Shown here one piece after another: positions 1 to 8,291 of a stretch of DNA of 36,895 nt. Under the pieces are notes generated by a model. That model saw nothing but the letters and a program-made list of their open reading frames with translations, did no database searches and was not told the DNA's origin. Location of the stretch: sequence record NC_010153.1; one strand, written 5' to 3'. The first letter of the stretch is position 1; each line of letters opens with the position of its first letter. Both the position numbers and the translations under genes were made by a program.

Positions 1-340
1 TAAGTCATTTCCCCCTTTTATATATAAAGATACATATCACACACCCCCTATATACCCCCTCTTATCACGTATATCATTTATTCATTTTTCACATCACGTA
101 TCTTCACGCCGGGGAACATTTGTTTCCCGTTTTCTCGTATCTCGTTTATCATTTCCCGTATATTCATGTCCTATGTTATTTATTCTCGTTTTTGTTTCTC
201 GTTTTTTCGTATTTCGTTTCTCATTTTTTCGTCTGCGGTACCCTATGTTATTTATTTCGATTTTAAGTCCATTATGTTCACTATTATTCCCGTTACTAGA
301 TACGCCACTAGATAGACATACCCTGCTAGACACAATTTCC
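1..340. repeat. Left subterminal low-complexity region (pyrimidine-rich on +; TCTCGT/TTCGT and CTAGAYA motifs)
   Basis: Repeated tctcgt/ttcgt words; ctagatac 296-303, ctagatag 308-315, ctagacac 326-333. Composition mirrors the right end. Confidence 0.7.
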
Positions 341-608
341 CCGTCAGAATTACTATTGGAAAATTCCTACTAACTAGGTACATTAAGTCAATTTCTGATA
401 TCACTCCCAACGCGTTCACGATTAGAATTAGTCTTGCTTTGCCGTTTTGAATGTAATTTATCACGGACTCATATAAGCTCCAAAGTGAAAAAATGATGAT
501 TGTCGTATATACATACCACGATGGATAGCATGCATGAATTTCTATTCCCACTAACCATCCTGCTACTGGGTATATGCCCATTATGAATCGTAGTTCGTGA
601 GTTATCAT
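252..608 (-). CDS. Hypothetical membrane protein, 118 aa
   Basis: ORF track; several hydrophobic segments; last gene of the leftward operon. Confidence 0.65.
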   Translation of the reverse strand: MITHELRFIMGIYPVAGWLVGIEIHACYPSWYVYTTIIIFSLWSLYESVINYIQNGKARLILIVNALGVISEIDLMYLVSRNFPIVILTGKLCLAGYVYLVAYLVTGIIVNIMDLKSK

Positions 609-618
609 CTTCCTCGTA

Positions 619-858
619 TCACCTTATTATCTGCTCTTTTGTCTTTCTTAAAAATTCCGCTGGCGTTAGAATGTATGCCGTTCCCTTGTCTGTTGTCAAT
701 ATTATTCTTGCGAAATGTTCTGTATCTTCTAACTCGACATTTGTTATTTTTTCTTCGTGGTTATTGTACACGATGTATGCCTCTTTAGAGTTTCGTATTA
801 TGTCTAGTTTTTCCATAACTAGTTTTCTGATTAGGTTATTATGCATGGGATTTGGCAT
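619..858 (-). CDS. Hypothetical protein, 79 aa, with IILTTDKGTAYILTPAEFL motif
   Basis: ORF track; SD-like AAGGTGA upstream; motif shared with the adjacent broken reading frames. Confidence 0.75.
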   Translation of the reverse strand: MPNPMHNNLIRKLVMEKLDIIRNSKEAYIVYNNHEEKITNVELEDTEHFARIILTTDKGTAYILTPAEFLRKTKEQIIR

Positions 859-1285
859 TCATATCACCTTTGCTGTTTTGTATGCATCTAGGAATTCTCT
901 TTCCTTGTGAGTATACATTGTTCCGTCGGTCGTTCTTATTATTATCAGATGACTTCTTTTCTCATTTCCTCGACTTTTTTCCCCTTGTAATAGATGTTGT
1001 ATCCTTTTTTCCTTAGTTTGTCCATTGCTCCTAACATTTCTTCGACTCTTTTTTCAACGTCCTCGATCTTTTCTTTCTCCTCGATTATTATTTCTCTGTT
1101 TAGAAATTGTTCCCTCGTTAGTAATAATATTTCACCATCTCNGAAACTCTAACTAGAATCTACATTATTCAGCATCTCTATCCCCTTTACTGGTTTTACG
1201 CCTTGGGCTCTTCTCATTTTTACTGTTTTTCCTTCAGCTAGAAGTAGGATTATTTTANTTATTTTTTCTTCACAGCCTCCCTCAT
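859..1285 (-). pseudogene. Frameshifted or mis-sequenced Lys/Glu-rich coding region (one or more short ORFs)
   Basis: Manual translation gives protein-like segments in alternating frames (KIILLLAEGKTVKM; ILVRVS/DGEILLLTREQFLNREIIIEEKEKIEDVEKRVEEMLGAMDKLRKKGYNIYYKGKKVEEMRKEVI; IIIRTTDGTMYTHKEREFLDAYKTAKVI). Two breaks lie at or next to the N bases at 1142 and 1258. Confidence 0.45.
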
Positions 1286-1316
1286 ATGAGTATATAGGGG
1301 GTCGAAATATAAAAAA

Positions 1317-1559
1317 TTATCCATCTGCTTGTAGTATGTATTTCCCACTTCTTGTTATGATCAGTTCTTTTACGGTGATGTTTATTCCTAGCGTTGCTGT
1401 TGCTTCCTGGATTATTTTCTCCTCTATCTCTTTCAGTTCGTCTATTTCTTTCAGTCTTTCTGATTTTGTCAAGTTGATTTTCGTTGTCCCTAGTGCTTCG
1501 AAAATATCTTGTATCGTCGAGACGTCTATCTCTCCTTCAATCCTTATTTTCATTTTCAT
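1317..1559 (-). CDS. Hypothetical protein, 80 aa
   Basis: ORF track; overlaps upstream gene; followed by a T-run on the minus strand. Confidence 0.75.
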   Translation of the reverse strand: MKMKIRIEGEIDVSTIQDIFEALGTTKINLTKSERLKEIDELKEIEEKIIQEATATLGINITVKELIITRSGKYILQADG

Positions 1560-1827
1560 ACTCCCACATCAAGACAATTTTTCCTTCTATGGTTACTTTT
1601 CCTTTCTTAAATTTGACTAGTTCTGGTACTTTCTTCTTATAGAACGAGATGATGTCGTTTATGATTTCTTTCATTTCCTCGTTTTTAGTTATGTCTCTGC
1701 TTATTATCGTTGTTTCAGTGAATGATATTTCCTCTTTTCCTATTAGTTTTACAAGTGCTAGGAGAAATTTGCCTTCTTTCGTCTTTTTTGCATCATCATT
1801 TGTTCCAATTATCACATGCTTTATCAT
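1537..1827 (-). CDS. Hypothetical protein, 96 aa
   Basis: ORF track; SD AAGGTGA before ATG; abuts the Cas4-like stop. Confidence 0.75.
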   Translation of the reverse strand: MIKHVIIGTNDDAKKTKEGKFLLALVKLIGKEEISFTETTIISRDITKNEEMKEIINDIISFYKKKVPELVKFKKGKVTIEGKIVLMWEYENENKD

Positions 1828-1828
1828 T

Positions 1829-2440
1829 TTACTTCACCTTTGAGAACTGACATGATTTTCTTAACTCACAATACCTACATTCATTGAATGGTGCTATAAG
1901 TGTTTTTGCCATGTACCTCTCTATTTGTCTTTTTATCCATTCATCGTCCACGTGATATTGGGAGAAGAACATTTGTCCTGTCTCTATTTCTGTTACTTTC
2001 CCGTCTTCCACTATGAATTCTCTCATTTCATTATTCCCCACGTATACGATTACTCCTTTAGTTGCATTTATCATGTTCATGTAGATTAATACTTGGAATA
2101 TGTGTTCATCGTAGGGATGATCTGGTGGTTTTGCTACCGTCTTGAATTCTACTACGATGTTGTCTTCTGTTAGACCGTCTAGTCTTCCTATTAACGTGTA
2201 GTTCCCGTATTTTTTCCTTACTTCTTTCTCAAACTCTATCTTCTTTTCCCCGTATGTTGTTAGCAATTTCTCTAGTCCTTCGTGGAGTGCTACTCCTCGA
2301 ATTATTGCTGTGTCTGGTTCCTCTCTTCTTGGTCTTAATATGCAGTGTAAAAGGTCTGTAACGTAAATTTCGCCTTCTTTCTTTGGTGAATGTTCTTGTT
2401 GCATTTTCTTAAACGCCTTTTTAATTTCTTCCGTGATCAT
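1829..2440 (-). CDS. cas4: Cas4-like (RecB/PD-(D/E)xK) exonuclease, 203 aa
   Basis: N-terminal Cys (LHCIL), GxxxH (GVALHEGL), GRLDG...VEFKT catalytic motif, QxxxY (QVLIY), C-terminal CxxC-x5-C (CRYCELRKSC). ATGA overlap with the helicase stop. Confidence 0.85.
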   Translation of the reverse strand: MITEEIKKAFKKMQQEHSPKKEGEIYVTDLLHCILRPRREEPDTAIIRGVALHEGLEKLLTTYGEKKIEFEKEVRKKYGNYTLIGRLDGLTEDNIVVEFKTVAKPPDHPYDEHIFQVLIYMNMINATKGVIVYVGNNEMREFIVEDGKVTEIETGQMFFSQYHVDDEWIKRQIERYMAKTLIAPFNECRYCELRKSCQFSKVK

Positions 2441-4218
2441 CTACAGATCACCTCAACCATTTTTTCACCTAGTACCGACTTTGCCGTTGTCTTGTTTGTG
2501 CACAGTTCCGTCTTATTATGTATTCCAGCTCTCATTAACTGTACTGCTCTCTTTCTTCCAATACCCGGTAATCTGACCAACGCCAGCGCTTCGCTTGGGA
2601 CTCCATATCTAGTTTCTAGATAGAGCATTTGTAGCTTTTTCGCTAGCTCTACTTTCCCGAGTGCTTTTGATATTCTATATACACCGTATGTTTGCCATGC
2701 TAATGTTTCTACTAGTTTGTTCAAGTCATGTAGTGACATTCCTTTTGTGCTTTTCACGATGATCTTGTCATCAACTCCTTTTATCCAGTTTTCGAAGATT
2801 GTTCTCACGTTTTCGCCTTTTGACGCATCCATCACATTTCTGTTTTCTAATACTGCATTCACGATGTCTTCTACTGTTGCATTGTCTCTGTCCAACACGT
2901 CTTTGTATGCTATTGCGTCTCTAACGTCAAAGTATGATTCAGCAACAGCTCTTCCGTAAGTCGTTGTGTAATATCCTGTATTATCGTGTCCTAGAATTTT
3001 TGCTTCAACTAGTTTGTTTGTTGTCTCTATTATTTCGCCTTCGCTTAGGTCTTTGAAGGACAGGGTATATTTTGTGATTCTCTTTAGCTCATCTTCTTTC
3101 ATATACACGTATTTGGATACTGTTGCAAGTATGAAGTCCTCTAAAACGTGATGCGGTGTTAGACTTCCATAGTCTACGTTGAAGTAACGCCTTGCTAATT
3201 TCTCAGCTTCTTTTATGTCGGTTGCTTCAATTACGCAAAGTCCTTCTTCATCATAGCCTGGTCTTCCTGCACGTCCGCAAATTTGATCGAATTCGATTGG
3301 TGTTAGTGATCTCCATCCTATAAATCGTCCGTATTCGATGATAGGCAATTTTAGATCGTCGAAAATGACGGCATAGAATGGGAAGTTTACGCCTTGACCT
3401 AGGGCTGTTGTCGTGATGATGATGTTGTACTTACCAGCTTTTGTCTCCTCTAGTAGTCTCAGTTTTGCGTCAGGTTCTAATCCGGCATGGAAGAACGCAA
3501 CTCTTTCTCTGTATCTTTTATCGTAAATGAGGTAGAGTTCTTCAGCTTTTTTCCTAGTACTGGTGAAGATCATGACTACTTTTCCTTTTTTCGTTAGTTT
3601 TGTAACGAGGTCATCTTTCATTTCTATCTTATCACCGTCCTCGAAAAATAGTGTTTTTCCTATTTTTATTGCCTTGTAAATGGGAATTGGTCTTTCGTCA
3701 GTTTGTAATACTTCAGCATTTGTCACGTTTGCGATCTTGTCTATGTCAGGAATTGTTGCGCTCATCATTATCAATCGTATTCCTTCGTTCATTGCGTATG
3801 CCATGAGATTCTCGATTGCTTTTCCTCTTTCTTTGTCGCCAACGTTGTGTATCTCGTCTATGATAATCATTTTCACGTTATTTGTCCATCCGTAATGTCT
3901 CCTCAGTACTGCATCAGCTTTCTCGTACGTCGTGAAGATGATCTTGGCGTCAATGTTCTCGGGGTCTTCGTCGTAAACTTCGCTAGTTAACGCTGTGGTT
4001 GGTGTCGTTGTCGAGATTTTCTTCTGGAAGTCGTCGTTCAACTGTAGGGCTAATGCTTTCAAGGGGACTGTATAAAGTACTCTTCCGTTTGCTTCGTTGG
4101 AGAGAAGCATTGCTAGGAATGATTTTCCTGTGCCGGTTGGTGCCGAGATCAGTATATTCTTGTTTGTGTTGTGGAATACGTCAATCACTCTCTTTTGGAA
4201 TTCACTGAGCTTTACCAT
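2437..4218 (-). CDS. SF2 Ski2/Hel308-like helicase, about 593 aa
   Basis: Walker A APTGTGKS, DEIH, SAT, FFHAGL, QICGRAGR, C-terminal HhH LPGIGRKRA. Start moved to ATG 4218, after SD-like GGTGGGA. Confidence 0.92.
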   Translation of the reverse strand: MVKLSEFQKRVIDVFHNTNKNILISAPTGTGKSFLAMLLSNEANGRVLYTVPLKALALQLNDDFQKKISTTTPTTALTSEVYDEDPENIDAKIIFTTYEKADAVLRRHYGWTNNVKMIIIDEIHNVGDKERGKAIENLMAYAMNEGIRLIMMSATIPDIDKIANVTNAEVLQTDERPIPIYKAIKIGKTLFFEDGDKIEMKDDLVTKLTKKGKVVMIFTSTRKKAEELYLIYDKRYRERVAFFHAGLEPDAKLRLLEETKAGKYNIIITTTALGQGVNFPFYAVIFDDLKLPIIEYGRFIGWRSLTPIEFDQICGRAGRPGYDEEGLCVIEATDIKEAEKLARRYFNVDYGSLTPHHVLEDFILATVSKYVYMKEDELKRITKYTLSFKDLSEGEIIETTNKLVEAKILGHDNTGYYTTTYGRAVAESYFDVRDAIAYKDVLDRDNATVEDIVNAVLENRNVMDASKGENVRTIFENWIKGVDDKIIVKSTKGMSLHDLNKLVETLAWQTYGVYRISKALGKVELAKKLQMLYLETRYGVPSEALALVRLPGIGRKRAVQLMRAGIHNKTELCTNKTTAKSVLGEKMVEVICR

Positions 4219-4441
4219 TGTTCCCACCTGAGTAGAATTCTTTTTCGTCAATTCTTCGTATTACAGAAATTTTCGATATTTTGATGTATATTGGATTTCC
4301 TTGCTGGTCCTCACCAAGAATGTTATTATAGTCGTCTATCTCTACGATCTTTAGTCTGTATTTTCGTCCTTGAGCCAAGACCTCTATGATGTCTCCTACT
4401 GAGAATGATATTTTTCCGAGGACGAGCTGTTTTTTAGCCAT
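4202..4441 (-). CDS. Small beta-barrel protein, possibly Sm/LSm-like, about 79 aa
   Basis: VGDIIEVLAQGRKYRLKIVEIDDYNNILGED resembles Sm1; IYIKISKISVI resembles Sm2. Fold call is by eye. Confidence 0.55.
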   Translation of the reverse strand: MAKKQLVLGKISFSVGDIIEVLAQGRKYRLKIVEIDDYNNILGEDQQGNPIYIKISKISVIRRIDEKEFYSGGNNGKAQ

Positions 4442-4502
4442 TGTTTTATAGTAGCACATTCTAGAATTTAAGTTTTTTATTCCCCTTGTTCTAGTGTTGT
4501 TT

Positions 4503-4688
4503 ATGAGAGTCTTTGTTCACGTTGAGGGTGTTGTAGACGTAGAAGAATCTTGTAATGATGAGTTGGAATGTCTTCTGATATACTCTGAAATGCTTGAGAA
4601 GTATGGTGATGAGTTAGGTTATTGTTACGGACTGAGTTTGCAAGAAAGAGTTAAGTGTTCTCATGGATATGTGGAGATAAAAAGGTAA
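4503..4688 (+). CDS. Small acidic Cys-containing protein, about 61 aa
   Basis: ORF track (ATG 4503); fills the gap between minus-strand genes; protein-like composition. Confidence 0.55.
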   Translation: MRVFVHVEGVVDVEESCNDELECLLIYSEMLEKYGDELGYCYGLSLQERVKCSHGYVEIKR

Positions 4689-4700
4689 AAAAATTTATTT

Positions 4701-5246
4701 TTACTTTAATGCCTCATACTGTTTTTTTAGTGATAAGAGCTGGCTAGGGTGTACAAGGACTAGCATTGGTTGCGGGTAGTCGGATTGTTGGTATGCTATC
4801 CCGACGATTACGGCGCCTTGTTTTAGCTTTGGTACCACTGATCTCAATAACGAGTAGTATACTCCTTGTGATGTTGAGAATAGATAGACTTCCTTCTTCT
4901 TACTATTTATTTCCTTTACTAGTTCAATTGGTAGCGTTTGTTGGTCTTGTATTACGTTGGTTATTTTTTCTATTAACTGATCGTCAGTAATTACGTATCC
5001 GTCGATATAACTCACCTGTCCTGCCTGGTTAGTCTTATTGAATATGACGTCCCTAATTTCCACTTTCTTTACAATTAGCAATTTCCATACGTACTTGTTT
5101 AGATTTTCTCTCTGGAATGGTAACACAAATTCTTCCGATTTTGCTTCCTCTTGTAATTCTACTTTTTGTACTTGTGTTTCTTCTGGCATTTCGTCAGTCT
5201 CTTCGTCTTCTTTCAATTCCTCTTTTATTTTGCTCTTTTCTACCAT
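4701..5246 (-). CDS. Hypothetical protein, 181 aa (acidic N-terminus; possible ssDNA-binding protein)
   Basis: ORF track; SD GAGGTGGTGA; lies in the helicase/nuclease operon. Confidence 0.8.
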   Translation of the reverse strand: MVEKSKIKEELKEDEETDEMPEETQVQKVELQEEAKSEEFVLPFQRENLNKYVWKLLIVKKVEIRDVIFNKTNQAGQVSYIDGYVITDDQLIEKITNVIQDQQTLPIELVKEINSKKKEVYLFSTSQGVYYSLLRSVVPKLKQGAVIVGIAYQQSDYPQPMLVLVHPSQLLSLKKQYEALK

Positions 5247-5389
5247 TTTCTCACCACCTCTTTTATCTCTTCAGGATATGTATCCCAAAGTTGACAGAAT
5301 TCTAAAAAAACTTTTTCCGAACTGCTTAATGCCTCCAAGGGTAACCCTTGGGGGTTGATTATTTTTTCGCATTCCTCGAAGCTGGGCAT
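5240..5389 (-). CDS. Unannotated 49-aa ORF MPSFEECEKIINPQGLPLEALSSSEKVFLEFCQLWDTYPEEIKEVVRKW
   Basis: Manual translation; TTTAAATA TATA box at about 5420-5427; stop overlaps the start of the 181-aa gene; below the ORF-track cutoff. Confidence 0.65.
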   Translation of the reverse strand: MPSFEECEKIINPQGLPLEALSSSEKVFLEFCQLWDTYPEEIKEVVRKW

Positions 5390-5479
5390 TTTCTCGCCTA
5401 TTGTAGAATGTAGTAAAACAAATATTTAAACATTTCCCCTCATTAAGCTTTATATACTAGTTTGTAGTACTATATTTTA

Positions 5480-5719
5480 GTGGTTCAAATGGAGAAAAAC
5501 ATTGAGGAGGAAATTAAAGAAAAGATAAAAGATAGGATAACGCATGATGGGTTCTTTAGTTCTAGTATTTTGTTATTTAAAATAGATGAGAAGGCGGGAA
5601 TTTTTTATGTCTTGGCTGAGACAGAATCATGTGTTGCTGTAATAGAAAGGGGAAAATACGTCGTTTCTGGAAATTCGTTTTTTATAGAACTTAGTACGGG
5701 AGAAAAATTTTATATCTAA
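5480..5719 (+). CDS. Hypothetical protein, 79 aa
   Basis: ORF track; TTTATATA box at about 5449-5456. Confidence 0.7.
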   Translation: MVQMEKNIEEEIKEKIKDRITHDGFFSSSILLFKIDEKAGIFYVLAETESCVAVIERGKYVVSGNSFFIELSTGEKFYI

Positions 5720-5722
5720 AAG

Positions 5723-6157
5723 TTATTTTATTCTTATTTTTTTGAGTATCCTTCTTGTTAATATGTATATTGTTCTAATTGCTTTTTTCTTTTCGTTTTC
5801 ATCATCAATTTTCTGTGCTAGTTCCGCTAATGTGTTTATCATCGTTATTATTTCATCAATCTCTTTTTTCTCAATTTCATAAGTGTATCTTAGATCTACT
5901 GCGATTTCGTAAGCTTTCTTGATTTCTTGTTGTAGTTTTAATGTTGTTGCTATTTTTTCTCCTTGTTCAGTTAACAATGCGATATCTTGTAATTTGTTTT
6001 TCTCTTTATCAAAATTTATTTTTATTTCTGTCAATCCTTTTTTTATCAAGCTATTTATTATTCTCCTTGTTTTTCCTTCTCTAATTTCAATTTCTTTTTT
6101 ATCAAATAAGTAAATAAGAATTCGTTTTTCGCCGTTTGACAATTTTGTTTCCAACAT
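5723..6157 (-). CDS. Winged-helix (MarR-like) DNA-binding protein with helical C-terminus, about 144 aa
   Basis: LSNGEKRILIYL...IINSLIKKGLTEI...ALLTEQGEKIA is a wHTH pattern; SD AAGGTGG before ATG 6157. Confidence 0.7.
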   Translation of the reverse strand: MLETKLSNGEKRILIYLFDKKEIEIREGKTRRIINSLIKKGLTEIKINFDKEKNKLQDIALLTEQGEKIATTLKLQQEIKKAYEIAVDLRYTYEIEKKEIDEIITMINTLAELAQKIDDENEKKKAIRTIYILTRRILKKIRIK

Positions 6158-6198
6158 AGTACCACCTTTAGTTTGTAAGAAATAGGAATAGAAAAAAA

Positions 6199-6528
6199 TT
6201 ATTGAATTTCGAATAACCAAAGTTCATATCCTATTTTTTCCAGTTCTTCTGTCGTTTTAATTACGACACCTTCTGGTAACCTTTGCTTTAAAGAAAATGC
6301 TATAATTTTGTCTCCGTGCGTTGCTCTGATGGCTATTCGGTTTACTGGGACATTAACTCCTAAGACGTTTGTAAGCAATTCTGCTGTTGCTTGGTGACCT
6401 ATAGCGGACGTGAAGTTCTCTTTTTTCACTAATTCTCTTGCTTCTTCAATGCTTATCTGTCTTGCCTTTACGGTATACTCCTCCCCTGGTTTTAGGGGGA
6501 GGATTTGGGCATTTAAAATGTATAGCAT
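6199..6528 (-). CDS. acrIII-1: AcrIII-1 family viral ring nuclease (DUF1874, AFV3-109-like), 109 aa
   Basis: MLYILN start, SAIGH45QATA catalytic GH motif, VNR and QRLPEG motifs typical of the family. Confidence 0.9.
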   Translation of the reverse strand: MLYILNAQILPLKPGEEYTVKARQISIEEARELVKKENFTSAIGHQATAELLTNVLGVNVPVNRIAIRATHGDKIIAFSLKQRLPEGVVIKTTEELEKIGYELWLFEIQ

Positions 6529-6647
6529 ATGTTGTAGTGTATTTTTGAGATATATAAATTTTTCTTTAGCCGAAAAACGGAAGAATCTTTGTTTTCGTTC
6601 TTTATGAAGAGAAAAAGGGAAAAATAAAAAAAGGGAATGACTTTTAA

Positions 6648-7319
6648 TTAATCCGCTTTCCTAACGGGTGGGTGAACGAGTAGATAAATACCTTTCTCTA
6701 GTACTATGGGATTATGGTCTTCGCTTTTGATCTCTAGTTTATCTTCTACGTTTACTAGTATTCCGTCACCAGCATGAATTAATTTTACTTGCCCTTCGGC
6801 ATAATGGTTGTATAAGATTAACGGATAGTCGTAAAATTCTAGGTAGTCCGGTATCGATTCTACCTTGTAAATCTCCAAATGCCCTTGTTCTATGAACGGT
6901 TCCGATACATAGGTTGGCGCTTTGTGCGCTAGGTATACTGTTATCCCGTAATTAGTAAACGTTACTAAATATTTTCTTCCTGTCGTTAGTGTTCTCAGAA
7001 AGTTTCCAAATGTTTTTAGAAACACTTCAGGGATTACTAGCTTGTCTCTTGTGAACTTGCTATCGCTCTCAACATATAGTTTTTGCCAATCCTCAATCCA
7101 TAATCCTCTCACTATTTTCGCTTCAATATTTCCGTTTTCGTCTATCCAAATTCTGTAACATCCTTCACTACTCATTCCACTATTACTGATGTATAATTTG
7201 CAGTCTATAACGTTCCTGTCGTTGCCTATTTTAATTTTGTAGATCCATCCAGTCTTCCCTTTTAATTGGAAAACCGGGGGTTCCGGTAGTTCCGGTACTC
7301 GAATTTGTTGAGACTCCAT
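6648..7319 (-). CDS. Hypothetical protein, 223 aa, C-terminal HxxH/IxLxxGxY...D motif
   Basis: ORF track; own promoter and SD GGGGATAGT; C-terminus IKSEDHNPIVLEKGIYLLVHPPVRKAD resembles the 122-aa RQGD protein. Confidence 0.85.
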   Translation of the reverse strand: MESQQIRVPELPEPPVFQLKGKTGWIYKIKIGNDRNVIDCKLYISNSGMSSEGCYRIWIDENGNIEAKIVRGLWIEDWQKLYVESDSKFTRDKLVIPEVFLKTFGNFLRTLTTGRKYLVTFTNYGITVYLAHKAPTYVSEPFIEQGHLEIYKVESIPDYLEFYDYPLILYNHYAEGQVKLIHAGDGILVNVEDKLEIKSEDHNPIVLEKGIYLLVHPPVRKAD

Positions 7320-7369
7320 ACTATCCCCTCCACTTATAAATTAGGAAAAAAGGATATATAAATGTTTCT
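7317..7369 (-). promoter_or_regulatory. Promoter/5'UTR cassette shared with the gene at 8660-9013
   Basis: ggatatataaatgtttct is identical at 7352-7369 and 9044-9061; catactatcccct is identical at 7317-7329 and 9011-9023. Confidence 0.8.
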
Positions 7370-7445
7370 TCTGTGGTTTATTTCAAGAAGATGAGAGAAA
7401 TAGAAAAGATAGAAGATATGAGTTGATAGAAAAACAAAAAATGTC

Positions 7446-7931
7446 TTAAGCTTCAGAAAGTTTTATGATTCCAAACCCTTTGTTCTTTTTTGCCCCTATT
7501 TTCAATAAAATCGGTAGTTTTATTTCTTGATTAAATATCAGTGTGGTGTTAGTCTTTGATCCTGCAATCAAATATTCATAGTTTGTCAGTGAATTGACAA
7601 CTTTCCTTGTTCCTATTCTCACATAATCTTTGGGGAATGTTATTATTCCTGAAACCACTGCATTTTGATATTGTGGGTATTGTGTTCTTAATGCTCCAGT
7701 TATAGTAAATGATGGTATGATGATGTTGCATAATGCGTCTCTGTCAAAGGCACGGTCTACATGGTCAATAAGTTCATGAAATTCTTCAGGGTAGCACTTC
7801 TTTAGATCTTGCAATTGTAATTTTTTCATCGCTTTGTTGGGACTCAGCGAAGGTGCAATCACTGGCGTTAATATTTCGATTATAATATTTTTCGTAAAGT
7901 TGTTGTTTTGTTTATTGTTAGTTTGTGCCAT
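7446..7931 (-). CDS. Minimal RAMP-superfamily (Cas7/Csm3-like) protein, 161 aa
   Basis: Three RAMP hallmarks in order: beta1 IIIEILTPV; VD59RAFDRD...IIPSFTITGALR (cf. Csm3 D..vrd...IPGSSLKGxxR); C-terminal G-rich loop IG146AKKNKG152FG154IIKL. Confidence 0.82.
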   Translation of the reverse strand: MAQTNNKQNNNFTKNIIIEILTPVIAPSLSPNKAMKKLQLQDLKKCYPEEFHELIDHVDRAFDRDALCNIIIPSFTITGALRTQYPQYQNAVVSGIITFPKDYVRIGTRKVVNSLTNYEYLIAGSKTNTTLIFNQEIKLPILLKIGAKKNKGFGIIKLSEA

Positions 7932-7953
7932 ACGTTTATATTAGTAGAAAAGC

Positions 7954-7968
7954 TATATAAGCTTTTTG
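7954..7968 (-). promoter_or_regulatory. BRE-TATA promoter of the RAMP gene (probably leaderless)
   Basis: Minus strand AAAAAGCTTATATA ends 22 nt upstream of ATG 7931. Confidence 0.7.
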
Positions 7969-8012
7969 CGAGTGGTTTTCGAAAACTTTATAAGATTCTG
8001 AGTGTATATTTT

Positions 8013-8111
8013 GTTGCCCGAAAGAAGATGAGGGCGTGAGAGTTGCGATTTATGTCATCGTTGCTATTCCTCTTGACGTGAACCCCGGCGTTGTGGGGCG
8101 ATATGTCTTTT
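8013..8111 (+). ncRNA. Putative small RNA 1 (8 hexamers, 8036-8083)
   Basis: TGCCC/GGGCG 5' stem; T at 8037, 8043, 8049, 8055, 8061, 8067, 8073, 8079; CCCC/GGGG 3' stem; T-run 8108-8111. Ends are inferred. Confidence 0.72.
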
Positions 8112-8147
8112 ATCCGAAAGTTTTATAAGATTCTAAGCGCATATCTT

Positions 8148-8252
8148 ATCGCCCGATAAATGATGAGGGCGTGAGAGTTAAGGTGTATGTTATCGTTATT
8201 TTGACCGTTCACATGACCATGAACCCCGGCGTTGTGGGGCGATAATTCTTTT
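8148..8252 (+). ncRNA. Putative small RNA 2 (9 hexamers, 8171-8224)
   Basis: CGCCC/GGGCG stem; T every 6 nt from 8172 to 8220; 3' stem; T-rich end. Ends are inferred. Confidence 0.75.
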
Positions 8253-8291
8253 CTTTAACGAAAGTTTTATAAGATTCTAAGCGCATATCTT

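Noticed and set aside
94-373. ORFs 94-333 (-) and 173-373 (+)
   Set aside because: By-products of the low-complexity terminal repeats.
1829-7931. Complete viral CRISPR-Cas system (Cas4 + helicase + RAMP)
   Set aside because: Cas4 and the helicase are in a separate operon, and the helicase is Hel308-like, not Cas3 (no HD domain). No Cas1/2/5/6/8/10.
7946-7956. Gapped match AGA-a-AAG-c-TAT of unit 2 triplets to the RAMP promoter (possible autoregulation)
   Set aside because: Only three triplets match and the fourth fails; this is expected by chance given the many registers tried. Worth re-testing in a systematic search.
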